A DNA stretch of 64,000 nt from a virus. Of the stretch, positions 1-10,468 are shown piece after piece (positions within the stretch are counted from its first letter, which is position 1; the number at the start of each line of letters is the position of its first letter). The position numbers were made by a program, and so were the translations under genes. Location: the IMG/VR virus record IMGVR_UViG_3300035698_026482, positions 32,001 through 96,000 of that record. One strand, 5' to 3'. The notes under the pieces are model-generated. The model saw nothing but the letters and a program-made list of their open reading frames with translations, did no database searches and was not told the origin of the DNA.

Positions 1-109
1 GCTGTCCAGATTGACCGGCCATTGGCACTGGCTGCATCGGGGTGCCTTGGTTCGTACGCGGCGCCGAAAATGCACCCACGCCTAATCCTCTTCCTGATCT
101 ATACGCCAT
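1..109 (-). CDS. hypothetical protein, N-terminal part (runs off the window)
   Basis: Hand-translated MAYRSGRGLGVGAFSAPRTNQGTPMQPVPMAGQSGQ..., open to base 1; preceded by an ATAGTTA motif (117-123). Confidence 0.55.
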   Translation of the reverse strand, partial: MAYRSGRGLGVGAFSAPRTNQGTPMQPVPMAGQSGQ

Positions 110-115
110 TATCTT

Positions 116-868
116 CTAACTATCTTCGACGCTGTTATACAATATGTCGGCATGCGTGAATGTTGGATGTTTCGGCCGAGTTGAAAATTCGCCACACGCA
201 CATTCAAGTGCCTGCGCGGTCACACGCATTCTATGACCCTGATCATAGGTGAATCTTGTCGCATATGATAGATCAGCGGGGTACATTATGTTGTCAATAT
301 CATCAGAGTGCCCTAATCCAAGGGCATGTCCTGTTTCATGTGCCAATAGCTCGCCGGAGTCTATTGAAACTGATAGCATTATGCGATTGCACCAATCATT
401 GTTTGCAGACGAAAAGAAGCCACCATATTTTGAGTCATCATCAAAGTCGCCAATTTTCTCAACGATAAAAAGGTGCAGACTGCAAACGCTATTATGTTCT
501 TCGCCTAGCATTAGAAATTCACCGAGCTGGGCGCCGACATCAACGGCTTGATAAAAATCTTCATGCACCACAATTGAATCAATAAACAAACTGATTCCGT
601 GTTCGCCAAGATATTGATTTGCAGCAGCAAAGGTTGAATCAAGTGATCGCCTTTCAATTGTTCGATCGACAACGTGAACAACGACGGGAATATCAAAGGC
701 TGAATGATTATCTAATTCTGCTTCAAGGGCCGCATTTATTTTTCCTGTAATAAACACGCCGCAGAAAATGAATACGAAAAAACAGGCGACAACGATAGTC
801 CAGCCTATAATCCCCATATGACTAAATACACCACAGATATAAAACAGCGGGTGCCAAATTAAGGGCAC
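116..868 (-). CDS. membrane-anchored zinc metallopeptidase (metzincin)
   Basis: HETGHALGLGH (HExxHxxGxxH) followed by a Met-turn NIMYP; N-terminal hydrophobic helix. Confidence 0.8.
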   Translation of the reverse strand: MPLIWHPLFYICGVFSHMGIIGWTIVVACFFVFIFCGVFITGKINAALEAELDNHSAFDIPVVVHVVDRTIERRSLDSTFAAANQYLGEHGISLFIDSIVVHEDFYQAVDVGAQLGEFLMLGEEHNSVCSLHLFIVEKIGDFDDDSKYGGFFSSANNDWCNRIMLSVSIDSGELLAHETGHALGLGHSDDIDNIMYPADLSYATRFTYDQGHRMRVTAQALECACGEFSTRPKHPTFTHADILYNSVEDS

Positions 869-890
869 CCGCTGTTAAATTTAAGCCAAA

Positions 891-1262
891 TTAAAGTGTT
901 TCGTCGCTAGATTCATCTGTGCCGTCAAGCTCAGATTTGGCGCTAAAAACAGCAGCGCGTTCTTCGACGGCCTTTTCAAAGCCCGCTATCAGATCTGTGC
1001 ATTTCTCTTGCATGTCTTCAAATTCATGAATTGAACCATCAATCATGCCTCTAAATTTGCCATCACCAACGTAAATAGCGAGACCCTGGGATTGAATCTC
1101 ACCCACTGCGGCGCACCAAAGCAGCGACTGTGACTCTAGACGAGCCACTTCAGCCTGCAAATCAGTGACCTGGGATTCCAGTTCTGCTTGATGCGCGCAT
1201 CCTCCTGTCAACAGCGCTGCAGATAAACATGCGGCAACCAAAAAATTATTGTTCTTCTTCAT
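891..1262 (-). CDS. putative lipoprotein with coiled coil
   Basis: MKK + hydrophobic stretch + LTGGC lipobox-like site, then heptad LESQVTDLQAEVARLE. Confidence 0.6.
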   Translation of the reverse strand: MKKNNNFLVAACLSAALLTGGCAHQAELESQVTDLQAEVARLESQSLLWCAAVGEIQSQGLAIYVGDGKFRGMIDGSIHEFEDMQEKCTDLIAGFEKAVEERAAVFSAKSELDGTDESSDETL

Positions 1263-1416
1263 TTATATCCTCTGTGTCCTTTATATCGAGTGATGTCAAT
1301 TTACTACGACGTGAGTGTTTGATTATCCATGTTACGGCACCTGCGCAAAATATGGCAGCAAACAGTATCAGCGTCAATGATGCAAGAAACATGTTCCAAA
1401 ATTCTAGGTCAGCCAT
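1246..1416 (-). CDS. small single-pass membrane protein (56 aa, not in ORF track)
   Basis: Hand-translated MADLEFWNMFLASLTLILFAAIFCAGAVTWIIKHSRRSKLTSLDIKDTEDINEEEQ; TAATG coupling to the upstream gene; fills the gap. Confidence 0.65.
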   Translation of the reverse strand: MADLEFWNMFLASLTLILFAAIFCAGAVTWIIKHSRRSKLTSLDIKDTEDINEEEQ

Positions 1417-2054
1417 TAATATTCCATATCTTTTTCCATCTCGCAGGCAAGACGATCAGCCATATGAATTAAAATCGCAAGTTTTGGTTCCTTCATTCCA
1501 TATGCCTTGTTTTCTTGTGCATACGGGCCGTCATTGAGGCGAATGCCTAGATACTCTTCTTCAGTCGCCTTAATACCGTAGTGAATAAGAATATTCATCG
1601 TATGATCAACATTTGTCATGTATTGAATATTCTCGTTCGTCTTATAAAATTGTCCTAGCTTTTCGCGATGCCAATCAGATTCTTGCGTAATGTAATAGTC
1701 GGCACCGTTCGGACCAGGTTGACCCACTTTGCCGAAATCGTGAAAAATTGCCGCAAAAATAACGCTTTCATTTGACAACCCATCAAAAACATCGAATGTG
1801 TTTCGTAGCGTTAACGCATTTTTGCATACTCGTAACGTATGATCAACAAGCCCACCAGGATATGCCGCATGAAAATCTTTTCGTGATGATGCAGGTGCAG
1901 TTGCAATGCGAACGCCCATTTCATCGAGCATCACCTTAATTGCAGGTGATCGATCGCCAAGACGACTACATAAATCTTCCAGCTTGCTAAAGTTTGTAGT
2001 AATCTGCTCCTGTGTAAGATAATCATTGTCGCTCATATTATTTTTCCCAAGCAA
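1416..2054 (-). CDS. HD-domain phosphohydrolase (YhaM-like)
   Basis: HAAYPGGLVDHT ... AIFHDFGK ... HMAD motifs. Confidence 0.85.
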   Translation of the reverse strand: MLGKNNMSDNDYLTQEQITTNFSKLEDLCSRLGDRSPAIKVMLDEMGVRIATAPASSRKDFHAAYPGGLVDHTLRVCKNALTLRNTFDVFDGLSNESVIFAAIFHDFGKVGQPGPNGADYYITQESDWHREKLGQFYKTNENIQYMTNVDHTMNILIHYGIKATEEEYLGIRLNDGPYAQENKAYGMKEPKLAILIHMADRLACEMEKDMEY

Positions 2055-2076
2055 GCATTACGTCTTATAGCTTAAA

Positions 2077-2733
2077 TTAAAGTACCTTACGGTTTTTAGA
2101 TTGTTTAGACGTAGCAGATGAAATATTACTTGGGACGAAATCTATGTTGACATCAACGCTAATTTCAAACGTCGGAACATACGTGTGCTGAACCAAATTA
2201 TGGGTCTTCATATCCTGGGCCGTAAGATACCACTCAGCGTGGCCTTTTTCATGAATTAGCTTCAAAAAATAATCGTCGTTATGACCGCAGTTTGCTGCCA
2301 TCATTTTAAACACCTTCTTATTAAGCATATCGGCGTGTTCAGCAGAGGCCTTGAGTTCTTCAACCTTACCTCGAGCATGAGATGAAACATCATGAATCAT
2401 CATTACCGAATCTGGATCTGCAAACCGTAGACCTTCTGCGCCAAATGTTGCAAGAATAGATCCACAAGACATCGCCTTACCTTCAATGATTGTTGCGACG
2501 GGAAGTTCGGCGTGCTTAATAGCCGAAATCATTGTTAATAAGGCGTGAACAGATCCTCCAAATGAGTCAATAACAACGGGAATTACTTTCTGTCCTGTGT
2601 TATGCGCAGTTGAAATTTCTGCTTGAAATAATTTTGCAGACTCAGTAGTAAAATCGTTTACACGGACGACGACTGGCGGGGCTGAGAATTCAAGCTTATG
2701 AATGAGATGCGAAATGTTTTGTTTGATTTTCAT
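2077..2733 (-). CDS. clpP: ClpP-like serine protease
   Basis: IDSFGGSV, KAMSCGS (catalytic Ser), MMIHD (His), EWYLTAQD. Confidence 0.85.
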   Translation of the reverse strand: MKIKQNISHLIHKLEFSAPPVVVRVNDFTTESAKLFQAEISTAHNTGQKVIPVVIDSFGGSVHALLTMISAIKHAELPVATIIEGKAMSCGSILATFGAEGLRFADPDSVMMIHDVSSHARGKVEELKASAEHADMLNKKVFKMMAANCGHNDDYFLKLIHEKGHAEWYLTAQDMKTHNLVQHTYVPTFEISVDVNIDFVPSNISSATSKQSKNRKVL

Positions 2734-3953
2734 ACGTCGTCTCTAAGGTTTGTTGTATTAATCGGAAACTCAATATCGAAATTGTCAATCCCTGATCCCG
2801 CAGCCTCCATTAGTGGAACATACATCTTCTCGTCAGGATGTACATCAAGGATTAGCGCATCGTGCAACACAAAAAGAGGTTTCGTCTGGAGATCTTCTTT
2901 TTTAATATAGTCTACAATTTTGGTGAATCCCAAAAGAGCTACATCGACACCAGATGATTGCATGTACGAGTTATAAAGAATATGATCGACGTTTAGGCTT
3001 TCGACGCGACGCCCGTAACAATTGCGTATAAACCCATCATTTTCTTCATGTTCAGATCTCAACTTGTTCGTGAAGCCTGTCACATCAAAATGGTCACGAA
3101 GGCGATCAACTAGCCAATCTGCAGATCCGGGTTCAACGTGCTCGCTTAGCATTTTTGCGCCGCCACCGTAAATCGTTGCAAGTACAGCAAGTTTAGCAAT
3201 TTGACGAGGTACATCGCCCAGTACATGCGTTCCTATATCTGTATAAATGTCAGAAGCTGGCTTAAGACCTGCTTCATATGCAGCTATTCTTGCCTCAAGC
3301 GACATATAATCAAGCATGAGGATTTCACCATGTTCCCATCTTGATTGAATTACTTGACGATGGTCTTTTCGCAACGTTAAAATATTGGGTCCCTCGGATA
3401 CAACAAGACGACCCGTACGGGTACCGAGCTGATTATATTTGATTTGCTTGGCATATCCATCATCTAATGGACAAAACGATTTCAATGCTTCGGTGTTTCT
3501 ACTGGCAATATCAACATATTTCCACCATTTACCTTCATCGATTTTTGCCCTTACCAGAGATCCCAGGAGACGTTGTGAGGGCTCAAAGACAGAGACATAG
3601 TAACCTATATCATTACCGCTTAAAGCCCTCTTGACGTCACCAATGAGCTCGTGCAGTAGCTCACGATAGCGATCACCAGGGATAACGCGCCACCACGGTA
3701 CGTCTGCAGGCAATGCACCCAACACAGACATCGCTTTTATGTGAGGCTCATCAGGAAAAGTTGAATCAAGTCCAGATAAGCTCAGCAGCGAATCAATGCT
3801 TTTTGCGTATTCAGGACCAGCCCCAAGGATCCACGCGCCATCATCTGGAATTTTTGCCGATCGAAGCTTGCCTGTATCTAAATCCGCGACAACGTATTGT
3901 GGCGCGCCGACGGCTTGAGGCGATAGCCAAACTTCCATTCTCAAATGGTACAA
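2730..3953 (-). CDS. polA: compact family A DNA polymerase (polymerase domain)
   Basis: TRTGRL..EGPN, motif A DYMSLEAR, motif B RQIAK..IYG, NSYMQSSGVD, motif C LHDAL. Confidence 0.8.
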   Translation of the reverse strand: MYHLRMEVWLSPQAVGAPQYVVADLDTGKLRSAKIPDDGAWILGAGPEYAKSIDSLLSLSGLDSTFPDEPHIKAMSVLGALPADVPWWRVIPGDRYRELLHELIGDVKRALSGNDIGYYVSVFEPSQRLLGSLVRAKIDEGKWWKYVDIASRNTEALKSFCPLDDGYAKQIKYNQLGTRTGRLVVSEGPNILTLRKDHRQVIQSRWEHGEILMLDYMSLEARIAAYEAGLKPASDIYTDIGTHVLGDVPRQIAKLAVLATIYGGGAKMLSEHVEPGSADWLVDRLRDHFDVTGFTNKLRSEHEENDGFIRNCYGRRVESLNVDHILYNSYMQSSGVDVALLGFTKIVDYIKKEDLQTKPLFVLHDALILDVHPDEKMYVPLMEAAGSGIDNFDIEFPINTTNLRDDV

Positions 3954-3970
3954 AACATGTAGAACGTTTT

Positions 3971-6943
3971 TTAGCTTTTCATTAGTTCTGCCAATTCGGC
4001 GAGAGCGGCCTCAGTTCTATTGACTGAAGATTCATAGCGGCCGTATCCTTGAAGCGGTGTCATTTGAAACGCAGATTTGAACGCGCCTGGCTCAAGTGTA
4101 TGTTGCAGCGACGTTATTGCATACAAATTATCTAAATCGGTGCCTGTTTGCGCATCGACGAAGAACTGTTGTGTAAATGCCAAAAGAGGACAGCCCATTG
4201 TTGTTACACTCAGCTCTGCCGGCACTGTCTTTAGCGGTACACCACCTCGACCAGACCCTTCTGGTGTAATAGATCCCGCGCGGTCTGTTCGAAGCATGTT
4301 GACAGTAGACAATGCTGGGTTTTGCATTGACTGTAATCCTAGCTGCTCGACGGCAGTGTTTTGTGCGCCGTAAATAATATTTGGAGCTGTTGAGCGCACA
4401 AAATCCTTTACCGCCCGAGGGCCGCCAACAAGGCGATAATGTGTATAACGAGGGCCTTCTGGATCATTATCCGATGCTTCTGTTCCTGGCACACCTTCAA
4501 GTATACCAGTTGCAACGCCTGCCTTCACGTAAACGTTAGCCCTTAGCTGTTGCATACCCATATCTTTTTTGTCAACGCTATCTGTGAAACTAATCGCGCT
4601 TAAATCAGAATCTCTTGACGCCGCCAGCATTTGACCTTGTGTTTCATACGCCGTAGCAGCCTTGTCAAATACATGAATACGCAAAATTGTTTTTTCATCT
4701 GCAGTATGAAGATTTTGGTTTATTGATGCATCTAGCACACGGGCAGGCAGTGTTTCCATGTGGAGATCAATTTGAGGCATCTTAAAAACGCCATCTGATA
4801 CACCCATCTTGATTAACTTTTGTTCTGAATCAGTAGCCGCTCTTGCGTCTTTATCTTTGCCACGATACTTCGATGAATTTGGGCTAACTTTGCCCTCTTT
4901 ATCTTTTTTATAGATCGTCGACATACCATAGCTTATTGCAGCCATATTGTCAAGAAATGTTTGTGTGATGAAATTCATAAATTCACCAACTGCGATGCCT
5001 GCGCCACGACGCTCCATAACAAACGTGTCAAATTCTCTTCTTAATTCATCTTTGCGAATCAAAAATCCAGCAACAGACGTATTGCGAGCTGCGCCTGCTG
5101 ACGCATTTAGCGGATAGAATAATATCTGAATATCGTCGAACCTGAGCGTGTTCGCAAGCGGCGCACCCACAAATGCCATGATAACTTTGCCTAGCGAAAC
5201 ATATTCAGACTGCTCGTCTAAAATCGTCGAATACTCGCCGACGGTAAGATTTGATACGCTCTCAAAAAAATATGGATCAACTAGCGCGCCAAAATCAGGG
5301 TTCTCAATTGATTGAAATTTTTTGTTTATGACACCAGCAATCGAAGTGCGTAGTCGTTTAACAGCACTGCCTTCACCGGATTTTCCGCTACCGTATAAAT
5401 CCTTAAGCGTGGTCGACAATTCATCTGCATCATTTGATCCAAGACTTTCAAGGCGCTTAATCGTTGACGCAAGTTGCCGGCGTAATTTGGGATCTAAATC
5501 TGGACTGCCGTTTGTTGATTGCGCAGAGTCTAATACCTGGCTGCCAAGCACGCTCTTTGTACCTGCAGATCCGCCGCCTTTTTTCGAAGTTAAAGAATCT
5601 CTAAGATCTGTGACTCGTTCTTGCAATTCTGCAATATGATCAGCTGCTCTTTGTGTTTCCATATCGCTACCAATCATTGTTGAGCGATATTCATTGATGC
5701 CCTTCATTGCAAGTTCAAGCGTTATCTGAACTGATCCATCGTCTTGCAAATTAAAACTAGAGTTGACAATACCGTACTTTTCCTTGACGCGCATCGCGTT
5801 TAATAATGCGCCCCACGGATTTTGTAAATAATCATGAGGACTTTGGCTTGACATCGGGTGATGCCATCCGTACTCAAGCAGAAACTCAGTTTTTCCGTAT
5901 AAATCCGGCTTAACAAAGTCGGCGACCTCATGCAAGCGCGATCGATCATGTACAGTTAATGTAACCTGCGCAGTTTTAAAACTCATGAAGCCCGTTGTTG
6001 CCGCGACGTTGATATTAACACGTTCTAGTGACATCAACGGACGAAACGGATCTAGAATATCAGTGGGACGCAGCGAAGGTGCATTTATCTCCTGGAAATT
6101 GCCCGACGGGCCAACTGGTGCCATTGTTTGTGGCGCAAGAAATAGCTCCATACCTGCCACACCAGTCGCATCATTTCCTTCGTCAATAGTATCGTTTCCC
6201 GCAGACGCCATACTATGATCGGGAGTATCACCATTTATGGTTGCAGAACCTAAAACGAATTTGAGTGAAGAAGGTGCGCTCAGACGACCGTCGGCGCTTA
6301 AGGCGGATCGGCCAGTTTGCATTGTTAATTCAACGTAGGGAACTGCCCTGGAAAACTCAATCGCTGGAATAGCATTCATAAACAGCGTTAGCGCGGCAAC
6401 GTTTTTTGTGCCCGGTGATATGCCAATCGGATGAACCATCAATGAAGAGAGACCCGGTGTCAGCCGCGTAGGTTCTTTCGCATTGATAAATTCATCTGAA
6501 ATGTTTAGCATTTCATTTACGGACTCGACGCTGCCTACTTGTAGTTCTTTATTCGCAATATCTTTTGATGAGTTAATAGCTATTACGCGAAGAAGATTTT
6601 CTTCTGCCTGCGTTTTTTCATCACCCTCAAGACCCGTCATCTGTTCTTCAATATGTCGAACAAGATCCCGCGTTGTATATGCACCTTTTATCGTATCAAG
6701 TACAGCACGCTTAACAATATCATGAATTGCTCCCACGCCAAGGGCATCTTTATTTGCTTGCGCAGTTATAGGATCCAGCGCATTTTCAGAGCTGTCGACA
6801 ACAGATGCAATTAAATCATCGGGTGTACCAAGACTAAAAAATGGCGCTAGTCCAGTTCCGCCTTCTTGTCCTGGATTACCGCCAACGATAATGTTTAGGA
6901 TTGATTCGCGTGAATTTAAATCACCTGATTTACCTGATCCCAT
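3971..6943 (-). CDS. putative baseplate hub / late-control D-like protein
   Basis: Position after the LysM/gpX gene; C-terminal TTMGCPLL...YAITSLQHTLEPGAFKS pattern typical of contractile-tail hubs. Confidence 0.55.
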   Translation of the reverse strand: MGSGKSGDLNSRESILNIIVGGNPGQEGGTGLAPFFSLGTPDDLIASVVDSSENALDPITAQANKDALGVGAIHDIVKRAVLDTIKGAYTTRDLVRHIEEQMTGLEGDEKTQAEENLLRVIAINSSKDIANKELQVGSVESVNEMLNISDEFINAKEPTRLTPGLSSLMVHPIGISPGTKNVAALTLFMNAIPAIEFSRAVPYVELTMQTGRSALSADGRLSAPSSLKFVLGSATINGDTPDHSMASAGNDTIDEGNDATGVAGMELFLAPQTMAPVGPSGNFQEINAPSLRPTDILDPFRPLMSLERVNINVAATTGFMSFKTAQVTLTVHDRSRLHEVADFVKPDLYGKTEFLLEYGWHHPMSSQSPHDYLQNPWGALLNAMRVKEKYGIVNSSFNLQDDGSVQITLELAMKGINEYRSTMIGSDMETQRAADHIAELQERVTDLRDSLTSKKGGGSAGTKSVLGSQVLDSAQSTNGSPDLDPKLRRQLASTIKRLESLGSNDADELSTTLKDLYGSGKSGEGSAVKRLRTSIAGVINKKFQSIENPDFGALVDPYFFESVSNLTVGEYSTILDEQSEYVSLGKVIMAFVGAPLANTLRFDDIQILFYPLNASAGAARNTSVAGFLIRKDELRREFDTFVMERRGAGIAVGEFMNFITQTFLDNMAAISYGMSTIYKKDKEGKVSPNSSKYRGKDKDARAATDSEQKLIKMGVSDGVFKMPQIDLHMETLPARVLDASINQNLHTADEKTILRIHVFDKAATAYETQGQMLAASRDSDLSAISFTDSVDKKDMGMQQLRANVYVKAGVATGILEGVPGTEASDNDPEGPRYTHYRLVGGPRAVKDFVRSTAPNIIYGAQNTAVEQLGLQSMQNPALSTVNMLRTDRAGSITPEGSGRGGVPLKTVPAELSVTTMGCPLLAFTQQFFVDAQTGTDLDNLYAITSLQHTLEPGAFKSAFQMTPLQGYGRYESSVNRTEAALAELAELMKS

Positions 6944-6946
6944 AAG

Positions 6947-7240
6947 CTATCCCATCACAAGCAGTACATCGTCAAGCAGCGGGATTCGCAAATATGTGCC
7001 GGGTGGTACTTGCGAGGCCCATCCAATATTACTAGCTGCAGCAATTACCCACCAATAGCGACCATCACCGTATTCATTACCAGCAATTGTATCCAGGCGT
7101 TCGAGCCCTGAAAGCGTTGTTTCTCGAAATTGAATTGTTCCAGAGGCGATGCCAGCCCTGATTGCTTTGATTGCGCTGGAAGTTCCAAAACGCTTTCCCA
7201 GCGCCAGTACTGGAGTCCGGGCATATCTGCTTACAGACAT
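6947..7240 (-). CDS. LysM / tail X-like baseplate protein
   Basis: ERLDTIAGNEYGDGRYWWVIAAASNI...VPPGTYLRIP. Confidence 0.8.
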   Translation of the reverse strand: MSVSRYARTPVLALGKRFGTSSAIKAIRAGIASGTIQFRETTLSGLERLDTIAGNEYGDGRYWWVIAAASNIGWASQVPPGTYLRIPLLDDVLLVMG

Positions 7241-10165
7241 TTATATACCTCCATTATTGGAGCTTTTATTTTGGTGTTTATCCATAATGGCAGCAGCGTT
7301 TCCATTTACATCGTATACGTCTTCTGCAAATGTGTTCATAACCTGTCCTGTTGGGTAAACAGGCGCTCTATTAAAGCCGTTCGAGTCAAGTCCTGGCGGA
7401 ATATCGTGCACGACAGCAAACGAAATATCAACCCTACAAATTTGTGGCGCACGACTACCGTGTATTCCCGTTGACCATGATCCGTTTGCTGTTGCTTCGT
7501 TCCAATCAAAATTCATTGACGTTATAAATCCAGCCGTGCCTTTGCCTTGCACATTTTTAAACGAACGCACAATTGCATTTGACTGTCCACCGAAGTCGAA
7601 GAACTTTGTTTTATCGTCGCTTGAAGCGGGTGTGTCGGCGCGCTCAATCAGGTCCTTGGCTGTTAACCCCTCTAAATTCGCTGCAACCAGCTCTGCGGTG
7701 AGTTTCAACAAATCACCAGGAATCATCATGTGATATTTGTTTAATTCGTCGTCTGTTGTTACCGGCGATACAACATATAGTTTTGCATGTTCGCCAAGAA
7801 ATTCGCCGACGGTGTCCCTACTTTCTATTTTAACTCTTATTCCGCCCTTTCGAACAATAGCCTCTAATTTTCTTGCAGCTTTTGCGTCGTCAGACTTGCT
7901 TCCAAGGCCTGCAGACAAAACATCTTTTTTAGAAAAGCTTTTCGGGTTAACGGCCTGAAGGTATGCGAATTTACCCGTTTGCCAACCCAGGGTTTCAATT
8001 TCTTTTTTCTGCTTTTCCCACTCTTCGGCGATCTTAACAGTGTCAGGCGCCGGCGCCTTAGATGATAGAAAATCGTCCTCGTCAACGCCGAATAGGCGCG
8101 CTAGCGCAAGGTTCGAATAATTTGACTTAAACAAGTCGCCAAGTCGAAGTCTGCACAACGGTGATGCAGCGGGGATTTGCGAAAATGGTTGTCTAAATTT
8201 GCGACCGTTCGAATCAGTAACCAGACGTCCCTTTGTCCATTGCGGATATACAAGCGTAACAAGCTTATTGATTTTCACGTACATGTCATCAAAGTCTTCT
8301 TCGTTTGTCGCAACGACATGAAATGACAGACTAAATGTTCTTGCAGTGTTCACATACGTCATGATTGGGTCTACGCGACCATATGGTGACATCGTATTAT
8401 AGTTCGGCGCATAGCTTTCATTGACGCTGGCTATGAAAGCATGAAACGCTACAAACTCGTTTGTGCGAAGATCATGAAAGTAGAATGGCACGTATTCTGA
8501 ATCCAGTGCCGCTTCAATTGTCTCTGCATCCTCCTGAGAAAGTCTTGGCTTATTAAAAATTGACTTTTGTAGACCCTGTAAGTCAGGCCCCAACATCCGC
8601 TGGTGGGCGATGCCTAGGGTATTAATGCCCCTTCGCTTGCCAATATTAACGCCAGCAGTGAACATTGATCGTGGCATAATAAGCGCAGCCGGTGCTGAAC
8701 CCTGTCGCCATGCAAGCGCATTTTGGGCGGTTTGATCCCTACTTTTTCCTTGACGCGTTGTCGGATTCGTTGCTAAGGCATCAACAAGCGAACCGCGAGG
8801 CGCAATTTTTTTGCCATCGATCTTTTCAATGCCGCGCTCTTCCGCAGTCAATGCTCGATCACCAATTTGCGCAATGATATTAAGAAACGCGATGATCTTA
8901 GACGTTCTCAGGATGTCCACAAGACCCAGGACGGACTGTGCGCCGGCGACTATATTACCACCACTAATCTTCTTGAATGCATCCACGATGGACGTGATGA
9001 TTCGTGCGCCTGACTGGATTATCACTCGAACCATATTGGCATAAAAGCCAGGGCTTCTTGTTACCCTGCGAAAACTGGTGCCATCAAAGTCAAAAAAGAC
9101 CTTAAGCCCCGTCTTTGCAGCTTCGTTATAATCGCGATCGAGATGAATTATTCCAATATCAGTTAGTGAAATTAGGGCGCCCTTTTGATTATTGCTACGG
9201 CCATACTCGCCCATCGTTAATTTGTCGACCGATGATTTTACGGGTCGGCGGCCGGCGCGCGCTGCGCCGATCAATGAAAATATTCCCAAAAGCGCACGTG
9301 TTGCTAATTGCAATGCAATAATGAGAATTACTGCGAGGCCCGTCATGCCAAGCGGTAAAAAGCCGTCAAATGGCTCATTACAACTATTCATTTGACCAAA
9401 TGATGCATGTCCAGACCCGATAATATCACGAAGTCTTGAGCGACGGCCTCTAGCGCCAAGGCCAACACCCGGTGCGCCAGGCACATCTTCGGCATACATG
9501 CTGGTGCCATCTATTCGCCCGCCCAACTGTGCTTGTCCAGGAAGTAGTGATGCTAATGACACGCCAGGACTAGTCGGATCACCTTCAATAAATTCGCCCG
9601 TGGCCCTGAGCATGAGGGATAACCCGACCTTACGAAGCTCTTCGAACTGCGCGGGTGCACCCGGTTCCGACGTTCCAAATCCTCTGGGCATTACTGCAAA
9701 GGTGTCTGGAATTTTGCCATCCTTAAAGAAATGATTGCCTGGCGAAAAGCGGTTCGTTTTCAGAACGGCTGACGTGGCATTCACAATTGTCTCTGCAGTC
9801 GGATCATCTTCAGGTCTTGCGACGTCGACAATTGTCCCATTAGTGTCTGGCGAAGCACCCTTAATCGCAGACAATATGTCTAACGCTGTGACGTCTGTCG
9901 ACGTCGTTGTTTGTAGAATTTCTTGAAGTTTTGTGAACTCTGCAACGGATAAATTGCGATAAAACTCACCAAGCTCATGCTTTTCAATTTGTTCTTGTGT
10001 GGCGAATGTTTCATCGTCAAGATACTTGTTCCCTGTATCGACGTCTGTTTGTTGCTTTCGCAAAAAATCAGCTAACGTTTTCTTAACAGGTCTAATAAAA
10101 TCATCGCCATCCTTGACGTGACCTTCATTTCCTGTTTTGGTAAGCTCTGGAACAAGTTTTGGCAC
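7241..10165 (-). CDS. baseplate / tail-tube initiator-like protein
   Basis: Between tape measure and LysM; FHAFIASVNESYAPNY...YGRVDPIMTYVNTARTFSLSF tube-initiator-like segment. Confidence 0.55.
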   Translation of the reverse strand: MPKLVPELTKTGNEGHVKDGDDFIRPVKKTLADFLRKQQTDVDTGNKYLDDETFATQEQIEKHELGEFYRNLSVAEFTKLQEILQTTTSTDVTALDILSAIKGASPDTNGTIVDVARPEDDPTAETIVNATSAVLKTNRFSPGNHFFKDGKIPDTFAVMPRGFGTSEPGAPAQFEELRKVGLSLMLRATGEFIEGDPTSPGVSLASLLPGQAQLGGRIDGTSMYAEDVPGAPGVGLGARGRRSRLRDIIGSGHASFGQMNSCNEPFDGFLPLGMTGLAVILIIALQLATRALLGIFSLIGAARAGRRPVKSSVDKLTMGEYGRSNNQKGALISLTDIGIIHLDRDYNEAAKTGLKVFFDFDGTSFRRVTRSPGFYANMVRVIIQSGARIITSIVDAFKKISGGNIVAGAQSVLGLVDILRTSKIIAFLNIIAQIGDRALTAEERGIEKIDGKKIAPRGSLVDALATNPTTRQGKSRDQTAQNALAWRQGSAPAALIMPRSMFTAGVNIGKRRGINTLGIAHQRMLGPDLQGLQKSIFNKPRLSQEDAETIEAALDSEYVPFYFHDLRTNEFVAFHAFIASVNESYAPNYNTMSPYGRVDPIMTYVNTARTFSLSFHVVATNEEDFDDMYVKINKLVTLVYPQWTKGRLVTDSNGRKFRQPFSQIPAASPLCRLRLGDLFKSNYSNLALARLFGVDEDDFLSSKAPAPDTVKIAEEWEKQKKEIETLGWQTGKFAYLQAVNPKSFSKKDVLSAGLGSKSDDAKAARKLEAIVRKGGIRVKIESRDTVGEFLGEHAKLYVVSPVTTDDELNKYHMMIPGDLLKLTAELVAANLEGLTAKDLIERADTPASSDDKTKFFDFGGQSNAIVRSFKNVQGKGTAGFITSMNFDWNEATANGSWSTGIHGSRAPQICRVDISFAVVHDIPPGLDSNGFNRAPVYPTGQVMNTFAEDVYDVNGNAAAIMDKHQNKSSNNGGI

Positions 10166-10174
10166 TATCTGTTA

Positions 10175-10453
10175 TTATCCCTTTTTGATTATATCTACGC
10201 GCTCGGGATCGCGCTCTGCCATCACACCTAGAAATGCTTCAATAAAATCTGGCTTTTCAATCATTTCCAAAATGGGCTCAATTGCACCAGACTGCATTCC
10301 TGTAACAAAATCAAGTGCAAGTGACTCAACTTTTTCGCGTTGATCTTCCGGAAGGGACGCACAAATCTGCTTGTACATCGGATCATTTTTTAGCATCTTA
10401 CGAAGATCACTAATGTCCAATTTTTCTAATTGCTTTTTAATTGCGGGATCCAT
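10175..10453 (-). CDS. hypothetical protein
   Basis: 92-aa ORF filling the gap in the operon. Confidence 0.6.
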   Translation of the reverse strand: MDPAIKKQLEKLDISDLRKMLKNDPMYKQICASLPEDQREKVESLALDFVTGMQSGAIEPILEMIEKPDFIEAFLGVMAERDPERVDIIKKG

Positions 10454-10468
10454 TTGTATTCCTATCTA

